A stretch of DNA of 37,383 bases from Hyphomicrobiales bacterium (GTDB taxonomy: Bacteria; Pseudomonadota; Alphaproteobacteria; Rhizobiales; JALURZ01). The stretch spans positions 1 to 37,383 of the forward strand of contig JALURZ010000041.1 in assembly GCA_027058735.1 (NCBI GenBank), given 5' to 3'. The notes under the pieces were generated by a model. It did not search any database, was not told where the DNA came from, and saw only the letters and a list, made by a program, of their open reading frames with translations. A program made the translations under genes and the position numbers. Positions 7,716 to 17,445 of the stretch are shown here, piece after piece. Each line of letters opens with the position of its first letter. The first letter of the stretch is position 1.

Positions 7716-9089
7716 TCAGGCGGCGTCGGCGACAACCCTGTTGCGCCCGTCGTTCTTGGCGCGGTACAGCGCGGCATCGGCGCGTTTGAGAATATCTTCA
7801 GGCCCCTCATGCGCGGCCTGGAGAGAAGCAATGCCGACACTCATGGTCACGCTGAGCGGGCCGGAGGCGGCACCTGCATCGAAAGGAACATTGGCGATTG
7901 CCTGACGCAGCCGCTCGCCGATCGTATAGGCCAGCGCCATATCGGTATCGGGCAGGACGAGCACGAATTCCTCGCCCCCCACCCGGCAGGCCATGTCGAT
8001 GCCGCGAATGTGAGCCTTCAGCCGGTGCGCGAATTCCTTCAGCACCTCATCGCCCACATCGTGGCCATGGGTGTCGTTGACCGCCTTGAAATAGTCGATG
8101 TCGAACACCAGGATGGAAATCGACTTGCCGCGCATGGCCGCGTGCTCCACCAGCGTGCCCACGTGGCCTTCCATGTAGCGGCGGTTATACAGGCCGGTCA
8201 GCGGATCGATGACCGCCATTTCCATGCTGTGTTCGACGCTCTCGCGCAATCGGTCGGTATAGCGCTTGCGGCGCAGTTGCGTGCGCACGCGCGCCTTGAG
8301 TTCATTGGGCTCGACCGGGCGCATCAGATAGTCGTTGACGCCCATCTCGAGGCCGCGCAGCAGCCGCGCCGTGTCGTCGGGCTCGACGATGACGACGATC
8401 GGAATCTTGCGCACCCGGTCAAGAGAGCGCAACTGGGAGCACAGTCTCAGCCCGTCGCTGTCTTTCAGGGAAAGCGAAATGATGACCAGTTCGTGATCCT
8501 TTTCCGCCGCGTCGATCAACCCCTGCTCGGGCTGCGAAACGACGGCAATATCGTGGATGTCGCCAAGCGCGCCGGTTATTCTGGCAATGGCGCTTTCGCG
8601 GTCCTCGACCAGCAATATCCGCCCACGGCCGTCCAGCGAACCGCCATCGGCGGTATCTTCCACATGCAGTCCCATTTTTTCGCCGGTCCGGGCGCGCGAA
8701 CGGATTTCATCGGTGACCATCTTGAGACGCACGAGGCTCTTGACGCGGGCAAACAGGGCAACATCGCTCACCGGCTTGGTGAGGAAGTCGTCGGCGCCCG
8801 CCTCCAGGCCGCGCACCCGGTCGGAGGGCTGGTCAAGCGCGGTAATCATGATGACGGGAATATGCGCCGTTTCGGGATCCGCCTTGAGCCGGACGCAGAC
8901 CTCGAACCCGTCCATTTTCGGCATCATCACATCCAGCAATATGATGTCGGGCCGCACCCGCAGCGCCATTTCCAGCGCTTCCGACCCGCTGGTCGCGGTA
9001 ATGACGTCGAAATACTCCGCTGTCAGTTTTGCTTCCAGCAGCTTGACGTTGGCGTGAATGTCATCGACCACAAGAATACGCGCGGTCAT
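7716..9089 (-). CDS. pleD: Response regulator diguanylate cyclase PleD (REC-REC-GGDEF)
   Basis: 457 aa with two receiver domains (ILVVDD...LLDVMMP), a GGEEF active site and an RGID I-site five residues upstream. Its ATG overlaps the divK stop (ATGA). Confidence 0.93.
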   Translation of the reverse strand: MTARILVVDDIHANVKLLEAKLTAEYFDVITATSGSEALEMALRVRPDIILLDVMMPKMDGFEVCVRLKADPETAHIPVIMITALDQPSDRVRGLEAGADDFLTKPVSDVALFARVKSLVRLKMVTDEIRSRARTGEKMGLHVEDTADGGSLDGRGRILLVEDRESAIARITGALGDIHDIAVVSQPEQGLIDAAEKDHELVIISLSLKDSDGLRLCSQLRSLDRVRKIPIVVIVEPDDTARLLRGLEMGVNDYLMRPVEPNELKARVRTQLRRKRYTDRLRESVEHSMEMAVIDPLTGLYNRRYMEGHVGTLVEHAAMRGKSISILVFDIDYFKAVNDTHGHDVGDEVLKEFAHRLKAHIRGIDMACRVGGEEFVLVLPDTDMALAYTIGERLRQAIANVPFDAGAASGPLSVTMSVGIASLQAAHEGPEDILKRADAALYRAKNDGRNRVVADAA

Positions 9090-9460
9090 GCCTGTTCTCC
9101 CAGAAATTCGTTGATTGTTTTCATGAACGGGCCGATGGAAATGGGCTTTGAGATATAGGCTTCGCAGCCGCCTTCAAGGAATTTCTCCTCATCCCCCTTC
9201 ATGGCGAAGGCGGTGACCGCGATGACCGGAATGGCGCGCAGGGTTTCATCCTCCTTGAGCCATTTCGTGACCTCCAGGCCCGACACTTCGGGCAACTGGA
9301 TATCCATCAGGATCAGATCAGGGCTGTGCTCACGCGCCATATCCAGCGCTTTCAGCCCATCGCGGGTCTGAAAGGTCCGGTATCCGTGCGCTTCAAGAAG
9401 GTCCTGAAACAGTTTCATGTTGAGTTCGTTGTCTTCAACGATCAGGATGGACTTTGGCAT
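9086..9460 (-). CDS. divK: Single-domain cell-cycle response regulator DivK
   Basis: The product begins [27 protein letters not shown] and contains [16 protein letters not shown] and [12 protein letters not shown]. It is paired with pleD, as is conserved in alphaproteobacteria. I chose the internal ATG at 9460 over the track start at 9511. Confidence 0.9.
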   Translation of the reverse strand: MPKSILIVEDNELNMKLFQDLLEAHGYRTFQTRDGLKALDMAREHSPDLILMDIQLPEVSGLEVTKWLKEDETLRAIPVIAVTAFAMKGDEEKFLEGGCEAYISKPISIGPFMKTINEFLGEQA

Positions 9461-9652
9461 CGGTTCCGCCAATCTTGCAGCGAGGTGGGCTTGCGTTGTC
9501 TTCGTTCGCAAAGCACTTTACGTTGCCGGTGCCAGCCGGGGACAGGACAACATAATCACGAAATTGTCGGTCACTATGGCGGTATTTTGGTAACCAAGGG
9601 TTTAACTTTCACCGCCACCGCGCGCGATCCGCGCGGGGCAGGTTAAAAAAAC

Positions 9653-10372
9653 ATGAACGCCACGAGCAGGCAGGAGAGCGCCGTGAACGCCGCGCGCGCA
9701 TCGCTTGACCCCCGGACCGTCCGGCAGATCGCGGCGCTGTCGTTCAGCGCAACGCGCCCGGTGATCATCTGCGATGTGGATGAAGTGATCTTGCGGTTTA
9801 TCGCCGGACTCGAGCAGTATCTGGCGCAAAACGGCTACCGGCTCGCCCGCTCAAGCTTTGCACTGAATGGAAATATCCGGCATGCGGAAACCGATGAACC
9901 GGCAAACGAGGAGAGTGTTCGCGCTCTTCTGGCCGGATTTTTCACAGCCCGCGCCATCGACCTGGAGCCGGTCGAGGGCGCCGTTGAGGCTCTGAACGCA
10001 TTGTCGCAAAGGGCGGATGTGGCGCTGCTGACCAATCTGCCGCACCGCCACCGGCCCGCACGGCTCGAAAATCTGCGCAAAATCGGGCTTTCCCAGCCCG
10101 TGATCGTCAATCGCGGCCCCAAGGGACCGGCCGTGCGCCTGATGCTCGACGGCGTGGCCGCCGGCGCCCTCTTCCTCGACGACAATGCGGGCCACCTGAA
10201 TTCGGTTCACGAGATGTGCCCCGATGTCGCGCTCATTCAGTTCATGCATGATCCGGAATTTGCGAAAGTCGCGCCGCCAGTCGCCGCGGCGCATCTGAAA
10301 ACCAGTTCCTGGACTGAAGCGGCCGCGGCCATCGACACGCTGTTCTGGGGCGCTCGGCAACCGGGCTCATGA
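9653..10372 (+). CDS. HAD-superfamily hydrolase-like protein
   Basis: 239 aa with a DxDxV-type motif I (ICDVDEVIL) and a later LFLDDN motif. The stop overlaps the next gene's start (ATGA). Confidence 0.6.
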   Translation: MNATSRQESAVNAARASLDPRTVRQIAALSFSATRPVIICDVDEVILRFIAGLEQYLAQNGYRLARSSFALNGNIRHAETDEPANEESVRALLAGFFTARAIDLEPVEGAVEALNALSQRADVALLTNLPHRHRPARLENLRKIGLSQPVIVNRGPKGPAVRLMLDGVAAGALFLDDNAGHLNSVHEMCPDVALIQFMHDPEFAKVAPPVAAAHLKTSSWTEAAAAIDTLFWGARQPGS

Positions 10373-11289
10373 GCGGACGCAGCCGCATCGGCATCGATCT
10401 TGGCGGCACCAAGATCGCGTCGCTGGTGCTCGGCCCCGAAGATGAGGTGCTGCACGAACAGCGCGTTGCAACACCGCAGGGCGATTATCGAAAAACCATT
10501 CAGGCCATACACGATCTCGTCACCGACGCGGCGCGCGCCTGTGGCGGCGACCCTTCTGTCGGCCTCGCCCTGCCCGGCTCGCTGTCGCCGAAAACCGGCC
10601 TCGTTCAAAACGCCAATTCCACCTGGCTCAACGGCACCGCGTTTCTGCGCGATCTGGAACAGGCGCTTGGCTTGCGCGTGCGCGCGGCCAATGACGCCAA
10701 CTGCCTGGCTCTGTCCGAATTCCATGACGGCGCGGCGAAGGGCGCGGACAGTGTTTTCGCGGTCATTCTGGGCACCGGCGTTGGCGGCGGCCTGATGGCC
10801 GGCGGGCGGCTTGTTGCCGGCCGCCACGCGATCGGTGGGGAATGGGGCCATGTGCCCCTGCCCTGGCCCAGGGGGCATGAAAATCCCGGTCCCCGATGCT
10901 GGTGCGGCAACCGTGGCTGCCTGGAGACCTGGCTGTCGGGGCCGGCGCTGAGCCGCGATCATGAACTGGCATGCGGCCGGTCTATACCGGGCGAGGAGAT
11001 TGCCGGACTGGCCCAATCGGGCGATGCAGGCGCCCAGGCGGCCCTGGCGCGCCATGCAGAGCGCCTCGCGCGCGGCCTTGCCATGATCGTCAACATCTTC
11101 GACCCCGAAATCATCGTCCTTGGCGGCGGTCTCGGCACGATGGACCGGCTGCCGGGCGCTCTTGGCCCGTTGATGCGCCCCTATATCTTTGCCGATCACT
11201 TCGAAACGCCCGTGCGCCGGGCAAGGCACGGAGATGCAAGCGGCGTGCGCGGCGCGGCGCGCCTGTGGCCGCGGGAAGGCCCGCCATGA
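10369..11289 (+). CDS. ROK-family sugar kinase (NagK/Mak-like)
   Basis: It has an ATP-binding [10 protein letters not shown] motif, ILGTGVGGG, a Zn motif (GEWGH...[15 protein letters not shown]) and a C-terminal [12 protein letters not shown]. It is collinear with E. coli NagK as I remember it. Confidence 0.85.
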   Translation: MSGRSRIGIDLGGTKIASLVLGPEDEVLHEQRVATPQGDYRKTIQAIHDLVTDAARACGGDPSVGLALPGSLSPKTGLVQNANSTWLNGTAFLRDLEQALGLRVRAANDANCLALSEFHDGAAKGADSVFAVILGTGVGGGLMAGGRLVAGRHAIGGEWGHVPLPWPRGHENPGPRCWCGNRGCLETWLSGPALSRDHELACGRSIPGEEIAGLAQSGDAGAQAALARHAERLARGLAMIVNIFDPEIIVLGGGLGTMDRLPGALGPLMRPYIFADHFETPVRRARHGDASGVRGAARLWPREGPP

Positions 11290-12575
11290 GGGCGTCCGGA
11301 TTTTGCCGCGACTGCCTCGCCCCCGCCGGTGCGCAGGAGCGCTGCGTGTCGTGCCGCAGTCCGCGCCTCATCCGCCATGGCGAACTGGACAGCCTGTCGA
11401 TCGCCCATGTCGATTGCGATGCCTTTTACGCCGCCGTCGAAAAGCGCGACAATCCGGACATTCGCGATCTGCCGGTTATTGTCGGCGGCGGGCGGCGCGG
11501 CGTGGTGGCCACCGCGTGTTATATCGCGCGCGTCCAGGGTGTGCACTCCGCCATGCCCATGTTCAAGGCGCTCAAAGCCTGCCCCGATGCGGTCGTGATC
11601 CGCCCGGACATGAAGAAATACGCCGCCCTCGGGCGTGAGATCAGGCAGATGATGCGCTCGCTGACACCGCTGGTGGAGCCGGTCTCCATCGACGAGGCCT
11701 TCCTCGATCTGTCCGGCACCCAGCGCCTGCACGGGCGCACTCCGGCGCAGTCTCTGGCATGGCTCTCCCGGCGCATCGAGCGCGATGTGGGGGTGTCCGT
11801 TTCGCTCGGGCTTTCCTACAACAAGTTTCTCGCCAAGATTGCGTCCGACATGGACAAGCCGCGCGGATTTTCGGTCATTGGCCGGAAGGAGGCGCCGGAG
11901 TTTCTCAAGAACTCGCCGGTATCCCTGATCTGGGGCGTCGGCAAAGTGACGCAGAAAACGTTGATCCGCGACGGCATCCGCTCCATCGGCCAGCTCGTGT
12001 CGCTTTCCCGGCACGAACTCAACAAGCGCTACGGCGCGATTGGCGAACGGCTGTATCATCTCGCCCGTGGCCAGGACACGCGCCCCGTCTCGCCGGCGTC
12101 GGAAACAAAAAGCATCAGCGCCGAAACCACCTTCAGCACGGATATTTCGGACCCGGGGGATCTCGAAAAACGCCTCTGGGCCCTGTGCGACAAGGTGGCG
12201 GGGCGGTGCAAGGGGCGCGGCCTGGCCGGCGAAACCGCAACCCTCAAGCTGAAGACGGCGGGATTCCGCACGCTGACCCGCAGCCGCAGGCTGGATGCCC
12301 CGACCCGCCTCGCCGACCGGCTGTTTCAGACCCTCAGGCCGGTTCTGGCGCGCGAGGCCGATGGCACCGCGTTCCGCCTCATCGGGGCCGGCCTCTCCCG
12401 GTTGCACCCTGTCGAGGTGGCCGACCCCGCCGCCCTGTTCGACCCCGCGGCAAGCGCGCGGGCGGAGGCCGAACTGGCCATGGACGATGTGCGCGCCCGG
12501 TTCGGCAGCGAAGCGGTGAGCCGCGGGCTGGGGTTCACGCCGCAGCCGCCGGCTGGCAAAGTTCGCCGGACGTGA
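11286..12575 (+). CDS. dinB: DNA polymerase IV (Y-family) with an N-terminal Cys4 segment
   Basis: ATG at 11286 overlaps the ROK stop (ATGA). The N-terminus is [28 protein letters not shown], followed by [27 protein letters not shown] and [16 protein letters not shown]. The track ORF starting at 10971 is a spurious upstream extension. Confidence 0.9.
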   Translation: MRASGFCRDCLAPAGAQERCVSCRSPRLIRHGELDSLSIAHVDCDAFYAAVEKRDNPDIRDLPVIVGGGRRGVVATACYIARVQGVHSAMPMFKALKACPDAVVIRPDMKKYAALGREIRQMMRSLTPLVEPVSIDEAFLDLSGTQRLHGRTPAQSLAWLSRRIERDVGVSVSLGLSYNKFLAKIASDMDKPRGFSVIGRKEAPEFLKNSPVSLIWGVGKVTQKTLIRDGIRSIGQLVSLSRHELNKRYGAIGERLYHLARGQDTRPVSPASETKSISAETTFSTDISDPGDLEKRLWALCDKVAGRCKGRGLAGETATLKLKTAGFRTLTRSRRLDAPTRLADRLFQTLRPVLAREADGTAFRLIGAGLSRLHPVEVADPAALFDPAASARAEAELAMDDVRARFGSEAVSRGLGFTPQPPAGKVRRT

Positions 12576-13511
12576 TCACTCGCAGGCGGGCTTTTCCAGC
12601 AATTTCAGGTCCGACAGGCGCGCATTGAGCGCGAAGTTGCTGAAGGTCATGACGATATTGGTTCCCACGCCGTTCTCATACATCGTGACCCGCATGGCAT
12701 GATCGGGCGCCTGCTCGCCGCTCTGGCTGTTCTTTTCGGTAAAATAGCTGATGGTAACCGGCCAGGATTCCATGTTTTTAAGCGCTTCCGCGCCTTTGAC
12801 GCCCGCGGGAGGCGGGACTTTTCCCTTCTCGTTCCTGGCGCCGATAAAAGCGGAAATGACCATCCAGTTGGCGCCGTAGGCGCCATCGAAAACGCGCGCC
12901 GACAGCAGATTTTCACCGCCATAGGCGGCCGCCAGCAAGCGGCGCATGTGTTCGGTGGGAAAGATCGTCCCGCCCGGCAGCGCGCGGCGCGATTTTTCCG
13001 GCGATTCCATGGCCACCAGCCCCGCGCCCCCCTCGCCACCGCGTTCGGCGCGCCCCGCATAGTCCTGTTTCAGCGCCTTGTTGAAATATTCGCGATTGGT
13101 GAAGCGATAGGCGGCGCCATCGCCCGATTCCCAGGACGACACGCGGCTGTCAAAAACATTGACCCGCCCGCGCGTGCTGCTGATGCGGGTGACAAAACGT
13201 GAATTCTGCGTATACCCCTCGCATTCACTGCCCGCGAAATCGATCACCATGCGCCCTTCAATGGCGCTGATGGACGACTTGGAACCCGCTTCACGCAGGC
13301 TGAGTTCGTAGACGGCCCGGTAGGGTGTCAGGTTTTTCGCCGCGCGCTGCAGATGCGCCACGCTGGCCGCCTGAAGATCGGCGGGGCCGGACAGCAGCAG
13401 GCCCAGCGAGAAAACCGCCAGGCCCGCGCCGCCGCGCCGGCGCGCAATTCGAATTTTCCACAATCCGGCGAACGCAACGCGGGATCGGGCTTGATCAATC
13501 AGACGCATCAT
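12576..13511 (-). CDS. eipB: DUF1849 / EipB-family periplasmic cell-envelope integrity protein
   Basis: It has a signal peptide (GLAVFSLGLLLSGPADLQAAS) followed by LTPYRAVYELSL...IEGRMVIDFAGSECEGYTQNSRFVTRI, characteristic of the family. I chose ATG-ATG at 13511/13508 as the start. Confidence 0.75.
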   Translation of the reverse strand: MMRLIDQARSRVAFAGLWKIRIARRRGGAGLAVFSLGLLLSGPADLQAASVAHLQRAAKNLTPYRAVYELSLREAGSKSSISAIEGRMVIDFAGSECEGYTQNSRFVTRISSTRGRVNVFDSRVSSWESGDGAAYRFTNREYFNKALKQDYAGRAERGGEGGAGLVAMESPEKSRRALPGGTIFPTEHMRRLLAAAYGGENLLSARVFDGAYGANWMVISAFIGARNEKGKVPPPAGVKGAEALKNMESWPVTISYFTEKNSQSGEQAPDHAMRVTMYENGVGTNIVMTFSNFALNARLSDLKLLEKPACE

Positions 13512-13554
13512 GTCGCTATGGCCCAACATTATGTCGAAATTCCGGGCACATATT

Positions 13555-14562
13555 ATGGGCCGCGACGCAATCCGCAAGCCGAAACTGCTGGTCACCAGAA
13601 AATTGCCCGGCCCGGTCGAAGAGCGTATTCGCGCGAATTACCGCGCGGCCCTGAACGGCGCCGACACCGTTTATTCGTCCAACGAACTGGCGCAGCGCGC
13701 GGCCGGCATGGATGCGGCCCTCATCTGCGCCACCGAGCGCTTCGATGCGGATCTGATTTCGCGGCTGCCCCAAACGCTCCGCATCCTGGCGACTTTCTCC
13801 GTCGGCTACGATCATATCGATGTGGCGGCGGCCACGGCGCGCGGCATCGCCGTCACCAATACGCCCGATGTCCTGAGCGATGCGACCGCCGACGTCGCGA
13901 TGCTGCTGCTTCTTGGGGCGGCGCGCGGGGCCGGCTGGGGCGAACGCATGGTGCGCGAACAGACCTGGAAAGCCTGGAGCCCGACCGCGCCGCTGGGGGT
14001 GGAGGTCACCGGCAAGCGGCTCGGCATTGTGGGCATGGGCCGTATCGGACAGGCGACCGCGCGGCGCGCGCGCGGGTTCGCCATGACCATCCACTATCAC
14101 AACCGCACCCGCCTGGAGGCGGCGCTGGAACAGGGCGCCGTCTTTCACGCCGCCCTCCAGGACATGCTGCCCCATTGCGATTTCCTGTCCATCCACTGCG
14201 CCTCAACGGATGCGACCAGAGGCCTGATCGATGCGCGCGCCGTCGCCGCGCTGCCCGATAGCGCGATTGTCGTCAACACGGCGCGCGGCGATATCGTCGA
14301 TGACGATGCGCTCATCGAAGCCCTGCAATCGGGCAAGCTGGCAGCGGCCGGTCTGGATGTCTTTGCCGGCGAGCCCGATATCGATCCGCGCTACCGCGCC
14401 CTCGACAATGCTTTCCTGCTGCCGCATCTTGGCAGCGCCACGGCCGAAACCCGGATCGCCATGGGCATGCGCGCACTCGACAATCTCGATATGTATTTTG
14501 CCGGCAGGCGTCCCGGTGATATCCTCAATGACGTCGCGGATTTCCAAAAGGCAGGGCCCTGA
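13555..14562 (+). CDS. D-isomer-specific 2-hydroxyacid dehydrogenase (glyoxylate/hydroxypyruvate reductase-like)
   Basis: It contains KPKLLVTRKLP, an NAD-binding GIVGMGRIGQATARRA motif, NTARGDIVDDDAL and LLPHLGSAT. The start is uncertain; candidates are 13510, 13531 and 13555. Confidence 0.88.
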   Translation: MGRDAIRKPKLLVTRKLPGPVEERIRANYRAALNGADTVYSSNELAQRAAGMDAALICATERFDADLISRLPQTLRILATFSVGYDHIDVAAATARGIAVTNTPDVLSDATADVAMLLLLGAARGAGWGERMVREQTWKAWSPTAPLGVEVTGKRLGIVGMGRIGQATARRARGFAMTIHYHNRTRLEAALEQGAVFHAALQDMLPHCDFLSIHCASTDATRGLIDARAVAALPDSAIVVNTARGDIVDDDALIEALQSGKLAAAGLDVFAGEPDIDPRYRALDNAFLLPHLGSATAETRIAMGMRALDNLDMYFAGRRPGDILNDVADFQKAGP

Positions 14563-14563
14563 C

Positions 14564-15031
14564 ATGAGCACGATCGAACAACGGCTTGAAGAACTTGGCG
14601 TTTCGCTTCCAGAGCCGGCCACGCCGGTGGCCAATTACGTTGGCTACGTCATCACCGGAAACCTCCTGTTCGTCTCCGGACAGGTTCCCTTCGGACCCGA
14701 TGGCAAAGTGCAGTATCAGGGGGTTGTGGGAAAATCGGTCTCTATCGAGGATGCCCAGAAGGCCGCCCGGCTCTGCGCCATCAACATTCTGGCCCAGGCA
14801 AAGGCGGCCTGCGGCGGCGATCTGGGAAAAATCAGGCGCTGCGTCAAGCTCGGCGGCTTCGTCAACGCGGTGCCGGAATTCGAACAGCACCCGCAGGTCA
14901 TCAATGGCGCGTCCGATCTCATGGTCGGCGTGCTTGGCGACGCCGGCAAACACGCCCGCTTCGCGGTCGGCGCGGGATCGCTGCCAATCAATGTTTCGGT
15001 CGAAATTGACGCCGTGTTCGAGATTGCCTGA
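14564..15031 (+). CDS. RidA/YjgF-family protein
   Basis: 155 aa from ATG 14564. It begins MSTIEQRLEELGVSLPEP, then has NLLFVSGQVP and ends SLPINVSVEIDAVFEIA. The track ORF from 14231 is an out-of-context extension that overlaps the dehydrogenase. Confidence 0.85.
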   Translation: MSTIEQRLEELGVSLPEPATPVANYVGYVITGNLLFVSGQVPFGPDGKVQYQGVVGKSVSIEDAQKAARLCAINILAQAKAACGGDLGKIRRCVKLGGFVNAVPEFEQHPQVINGASDLMVGVLGDAGKHARFAVGAGSLPINVSVEIDAVFEIA

Positions 15032-15062
15032 CCGGACGGCCGGGGGCGGAGCGTTCGCACAT

Positions 15063-15776
15063 ATGCCGGACTGGCTGGGCGGCCGGCACATCGCGCACCG
15101 GGGGCTGCATGATGCGGCACGCGGCATCATCGAGAATACACCCCCCGCCATCGCCGCGGCCATGGAGGCGGACTATGCGATCGAGGTCGATCTGCAGGCG
15201 ACCGGCGACGGGCAGGCGGTCGTGTTTCACGATGCCACGCTTGAGCGGCTCACCACGCAATCGGGGCGCGTCGCCGATCTGAGCGTTGCCGCCCTGAAAC
15301 GCGCCACCTTCCAGCACACAGATGAGCGGATGCAGACCCTCGCTGAGTTGCTGAAGCAGGTGGCGGGCCGCGTGCCGCTGGTGCTGGAGCTCAAGGCGGC
15401 ATCGCGCGCGGGGGTACTGGAGCGTCATGTCGCGCAAGCCCTTCGCGGCTATCGGGGCGGCGTTGCGGTGATGTCGTTCGATCCCGCATCCATGATCGAG
15501 ATGCGCGCGCTGGCCGGCGAAATTCCGCGCGGCATGCTGTTGCCCACGGCGGTCACAAGGCGGGTCTTCGCGCAGGCGATGCACGATCTGTGGCCGATGT
15601 TCCGCGTGCGCCCCGCGTTTCTTGCCTGCCATGTGGACGCGCTGGGCCTGGCGCCAGTTCGCGCATTGCGCAAACTCGGCTATCGGGTAGCGGCCTGGAC
15701 CGTGAAAAACGACAAAGATCGTAACCGGGCCGAACGGGCGGCGGATGCCATGATTTTTGAAGGTATCCGGCCATAG
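15063..15776 (+). CDS. Glycerophosphodiester phosphodiesterase (GDPD family)
   Basis: It starts at ATG 15063 and contains IAHRGLHDAARGIIENTPPA, IEVDLQATGDGQAVVFHDATLERLT and PLVLELK. Confidence 0.85.
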   Translation: MPDWLGGRHIAHRGLHDAARGIIENTPPAIAAAMEADYAIEVDLQATGDGQAVVFHDATLERLTTQSGRVADLSVAALKRATFQHTDERMQTLAELLKQVAGRVPLVLELKAASRAGVLERHVAQALRGYRGGVAVMSFDPASMIEMRALAGEIPRGMLLPTAVTRRVFAQAMHDLWPMFRVRPAFLACHVDALGLAPVRALRKLGYRVAAWTVKNDKDRNRAERAADAMIFEGIRP

Positions 15777-15790
15777 AAGATGTAAAAAAC

Positions 15791-16966
15791 ATGAGCAAAT
15801 CCAGCGGTATAGTGGTCAGGGTCGAGAATGCGATCAGCGCCGTTGACCCGGGCGAATGGGACGCCTGCGCGGCGGACGCCTCGGGCACCGCCAGGCCCCA
15901 GCCCTTCCTCACCCACGCCTTTCTCAGCGCCCTTGAGGACAGTGGCTCGGCTGCGCCGGAAACCGGCTGGCACCCCGCTCACCTGGTGCTGGAAAGCGGC
16001 AACGGCACTCTGGACGCCTGTGCGCCGTGTTATGTCAAAACCCATTCCCGGGGCGAATATGTGTTCGATCATGGCTGGGCGGAGGCCTATGAACGCGCGG
16101 GCGGCGCCTATTATCCCAAGCTGCAGGTGGCGGTGCCGTTCACGCCCGTGACCGGCCCGCGGCTGCTGGCCCGCGCCGGCCCCCGGGCCGAAGACAACCG
16201 CATCACGCTGGCCCGCGCGGCCGCCCGGTTCGCAAGTCAGCTCGATGCATCTTCGCTACACCTCACCTTTGTCACGAAAACGGAATGGGAGACCCTCGGC
16301 GCGCTTGGATATCTGCAGCGCACCGACCAGCAGTTTCACTGGCACAACAACGGTTACACATCATTCGATGATTTTTTGGGTGAACTCTCCTCGCGCAAGC
16401 GAAAGCTGATTCGCCGCGAGCGGCGCTCCGCCCTTGAGAACGGCGTCGAAATTCGATTGTTGACGGGTTCGGACATTCTTGAGCGCCACTGGGACCGCTT
16501 TTTCGAATTTTATCTGGATACCGGATCGCGCAAATGGGGGATGCCGTATCTGACGCGGGAGTTTTTCAGTCTTATCGGCGAACGCATGAGCGCGCAGGTG
16601 CTGCTGGTGATGTGCCGGCAGCATGGAAACACCGTCGCGGGCGCGCTGAATTTCATCGGCGCCGACACGCTTTATGGCCGCTACTGGGGCGCGCGCGCGG
16701 ATATTCCTTTTCTGCATTTCGAGGCCTGTTACTATCAGGCCATCGATTTTGCCATCGCCCACGGACTTTGCCATGTGGAAGCTGGCGCGCAGGGGCCCCA
16801 CAAACTGGCGCGCGGCTATTTGCCGGAAACCACCTATTCGGCCCATTATATCGCCGACCCCTGTCTGCGCGAGCCGGTTGCGCGCTATCTGGGTTTCGAG
16901 CAAAAAAGCGTCGAGGAAGCCAGAACCCTGCTATTGAGTCATTCCCCGTTTCGCAAAGAGCCGTGA
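15791..16966 (+). CDS. GNAT/FemAB-like protein (DUF482, COG3146 family)
   Basis: 391 aa with the signature PFLTHAFLSALEDSGSAAPETGWHPAHLVL, typical of the family as I recall it. Confidence 0.75.
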   Translation: MSKSSGIVVRVENAISAVDPGEWDACAADASGTARPQPFLTHAFLSALEDSGSAAPETGWHPAHLVLESGNGTLDACAPCYVKTHSRGEYVFDHGWAEAYERAGGAYYPKLQVAVPFTPVTGPRLLARAGPRAEDNRITLARAAARFASQLDASSLHLTFVTKTEWETLGALGYLQRTDQQFHWHNNGYTSFDDFLGELSSRKRKLIRRERRSALENGVEIRLLTGSDILERHWDRFFEFYLDTGSRKWGMPYLTREFFSLIGERMSAQVLLVMCRQHGNTVAGALNFIGADTLYGRYWGARADIPFLHFEACYYQAIDFAIAHGLCHVEAGAQGPHKLARGYLPETTYSAHYIADPCLREPVARYLGFEQKSVEEARTLLLSHSPFRKEP

Positions 16967-17000
16967 ACCGGGACACCGAAGACCAAGAGGCAATGCGCCG

Positions 17001-17423
17001 ATGAACTATGACGACGACAATATTTTCGCCAGAATGCTGCGCGGGGAAATTCCCTGCGAAAAGATATTCGAAGACGAGCATTCCTTCGCGTTTCTCGATA
17101 TCATGCCGCGCGCGCCGGGGCACACCCTGGTGATCCCCAGGGCGAAGGCGTCGGGATTTCTGGATATCGGCGCCGATGATCTGTGCCGGCTCATGGTGTG
17201 CGTGCAGAAACTGGCCCCGGTGATCGTCAAGGCGCTCGACGCCGACGGGTTCATGTTGCAGCAGTTCAACGGGGCGGGCGCGGGCCAGACGGTGTTTCAT
17301 CTGCACATCCATATCGTGCCGCGCTATGCGGGCAGACCCCTCCGCCCCCATGGCGAGCAGATGGAAGACACCGATGTGCTGGCCGGCGTGGGGGCGAAAA
17401 TCCGCGCCGCGCTCGGCGGATAA
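17001..17423 (+). CDS. HIT-family (histidine triad) protein
   Basis: 140 aa with the HxHxHxx motif VFHLHIHIVPR. Confidence 0.9.
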   Translation: MNYDDDNIFARMLRGEIPCEKIFEDEHSFAFLDIMPRAPGHTLVIPRAKASGFLDIGADDLCRLMVCVQKLAPVIVKALDADGFMLQQFNGAGAGQTVFHLHIHIVPRYAGRPLRPHGEQMEDTDVLAGVGAKIRAALGG

Positions 17424-17445
17424 GCCGGAACGCGCCTTGCCCCGT

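Noticed and set aside
7809-9158. A 449-aa ORF antisense to pleD. Similar antisense ORFs occur at 33673-35136 (opposite parE), 31827-33275 (opposite the NCS2 permease), 11196-12407 and 10237-11229 (opposite dinB and ROK), and 35735-36826.
   Set aside because: All of them overlap genes with strong motif support on the opposite strand, and all have compositionally biased translations. They are treated as non-coding.
9641-9656. The CtrA-box-like TTAAAAAAACATGAAC at the HAD gene start, and GTAACCAAGGGTTTAAC upstream of divK.
   Set aside because: Each departs from TTAA-N7-TTAAC, by a half-site mismatch in one case and wrong spacing in the other. The first also overlaps the start codon itself.
10971-11285. 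A 105-codon N-terminal extension of the dinB ORF in the track.
   Set aside because: It overlaps the 3' end of the ROK kinase gene in another frame and is Arg/Pro-rich. The conserved DinB N-terminus begins at the ATG at 11286, which forms an ATGA overlap with the ROK stop.
14231-15062. Upstream extensions of the RidA ORF (from 14231) and the GDPD ORF (from 14586).
   Set aside because: Both extensions overlap the preceding well-supported genes. Conserved N-termini and ATG codons are found at 14564 and 15063.
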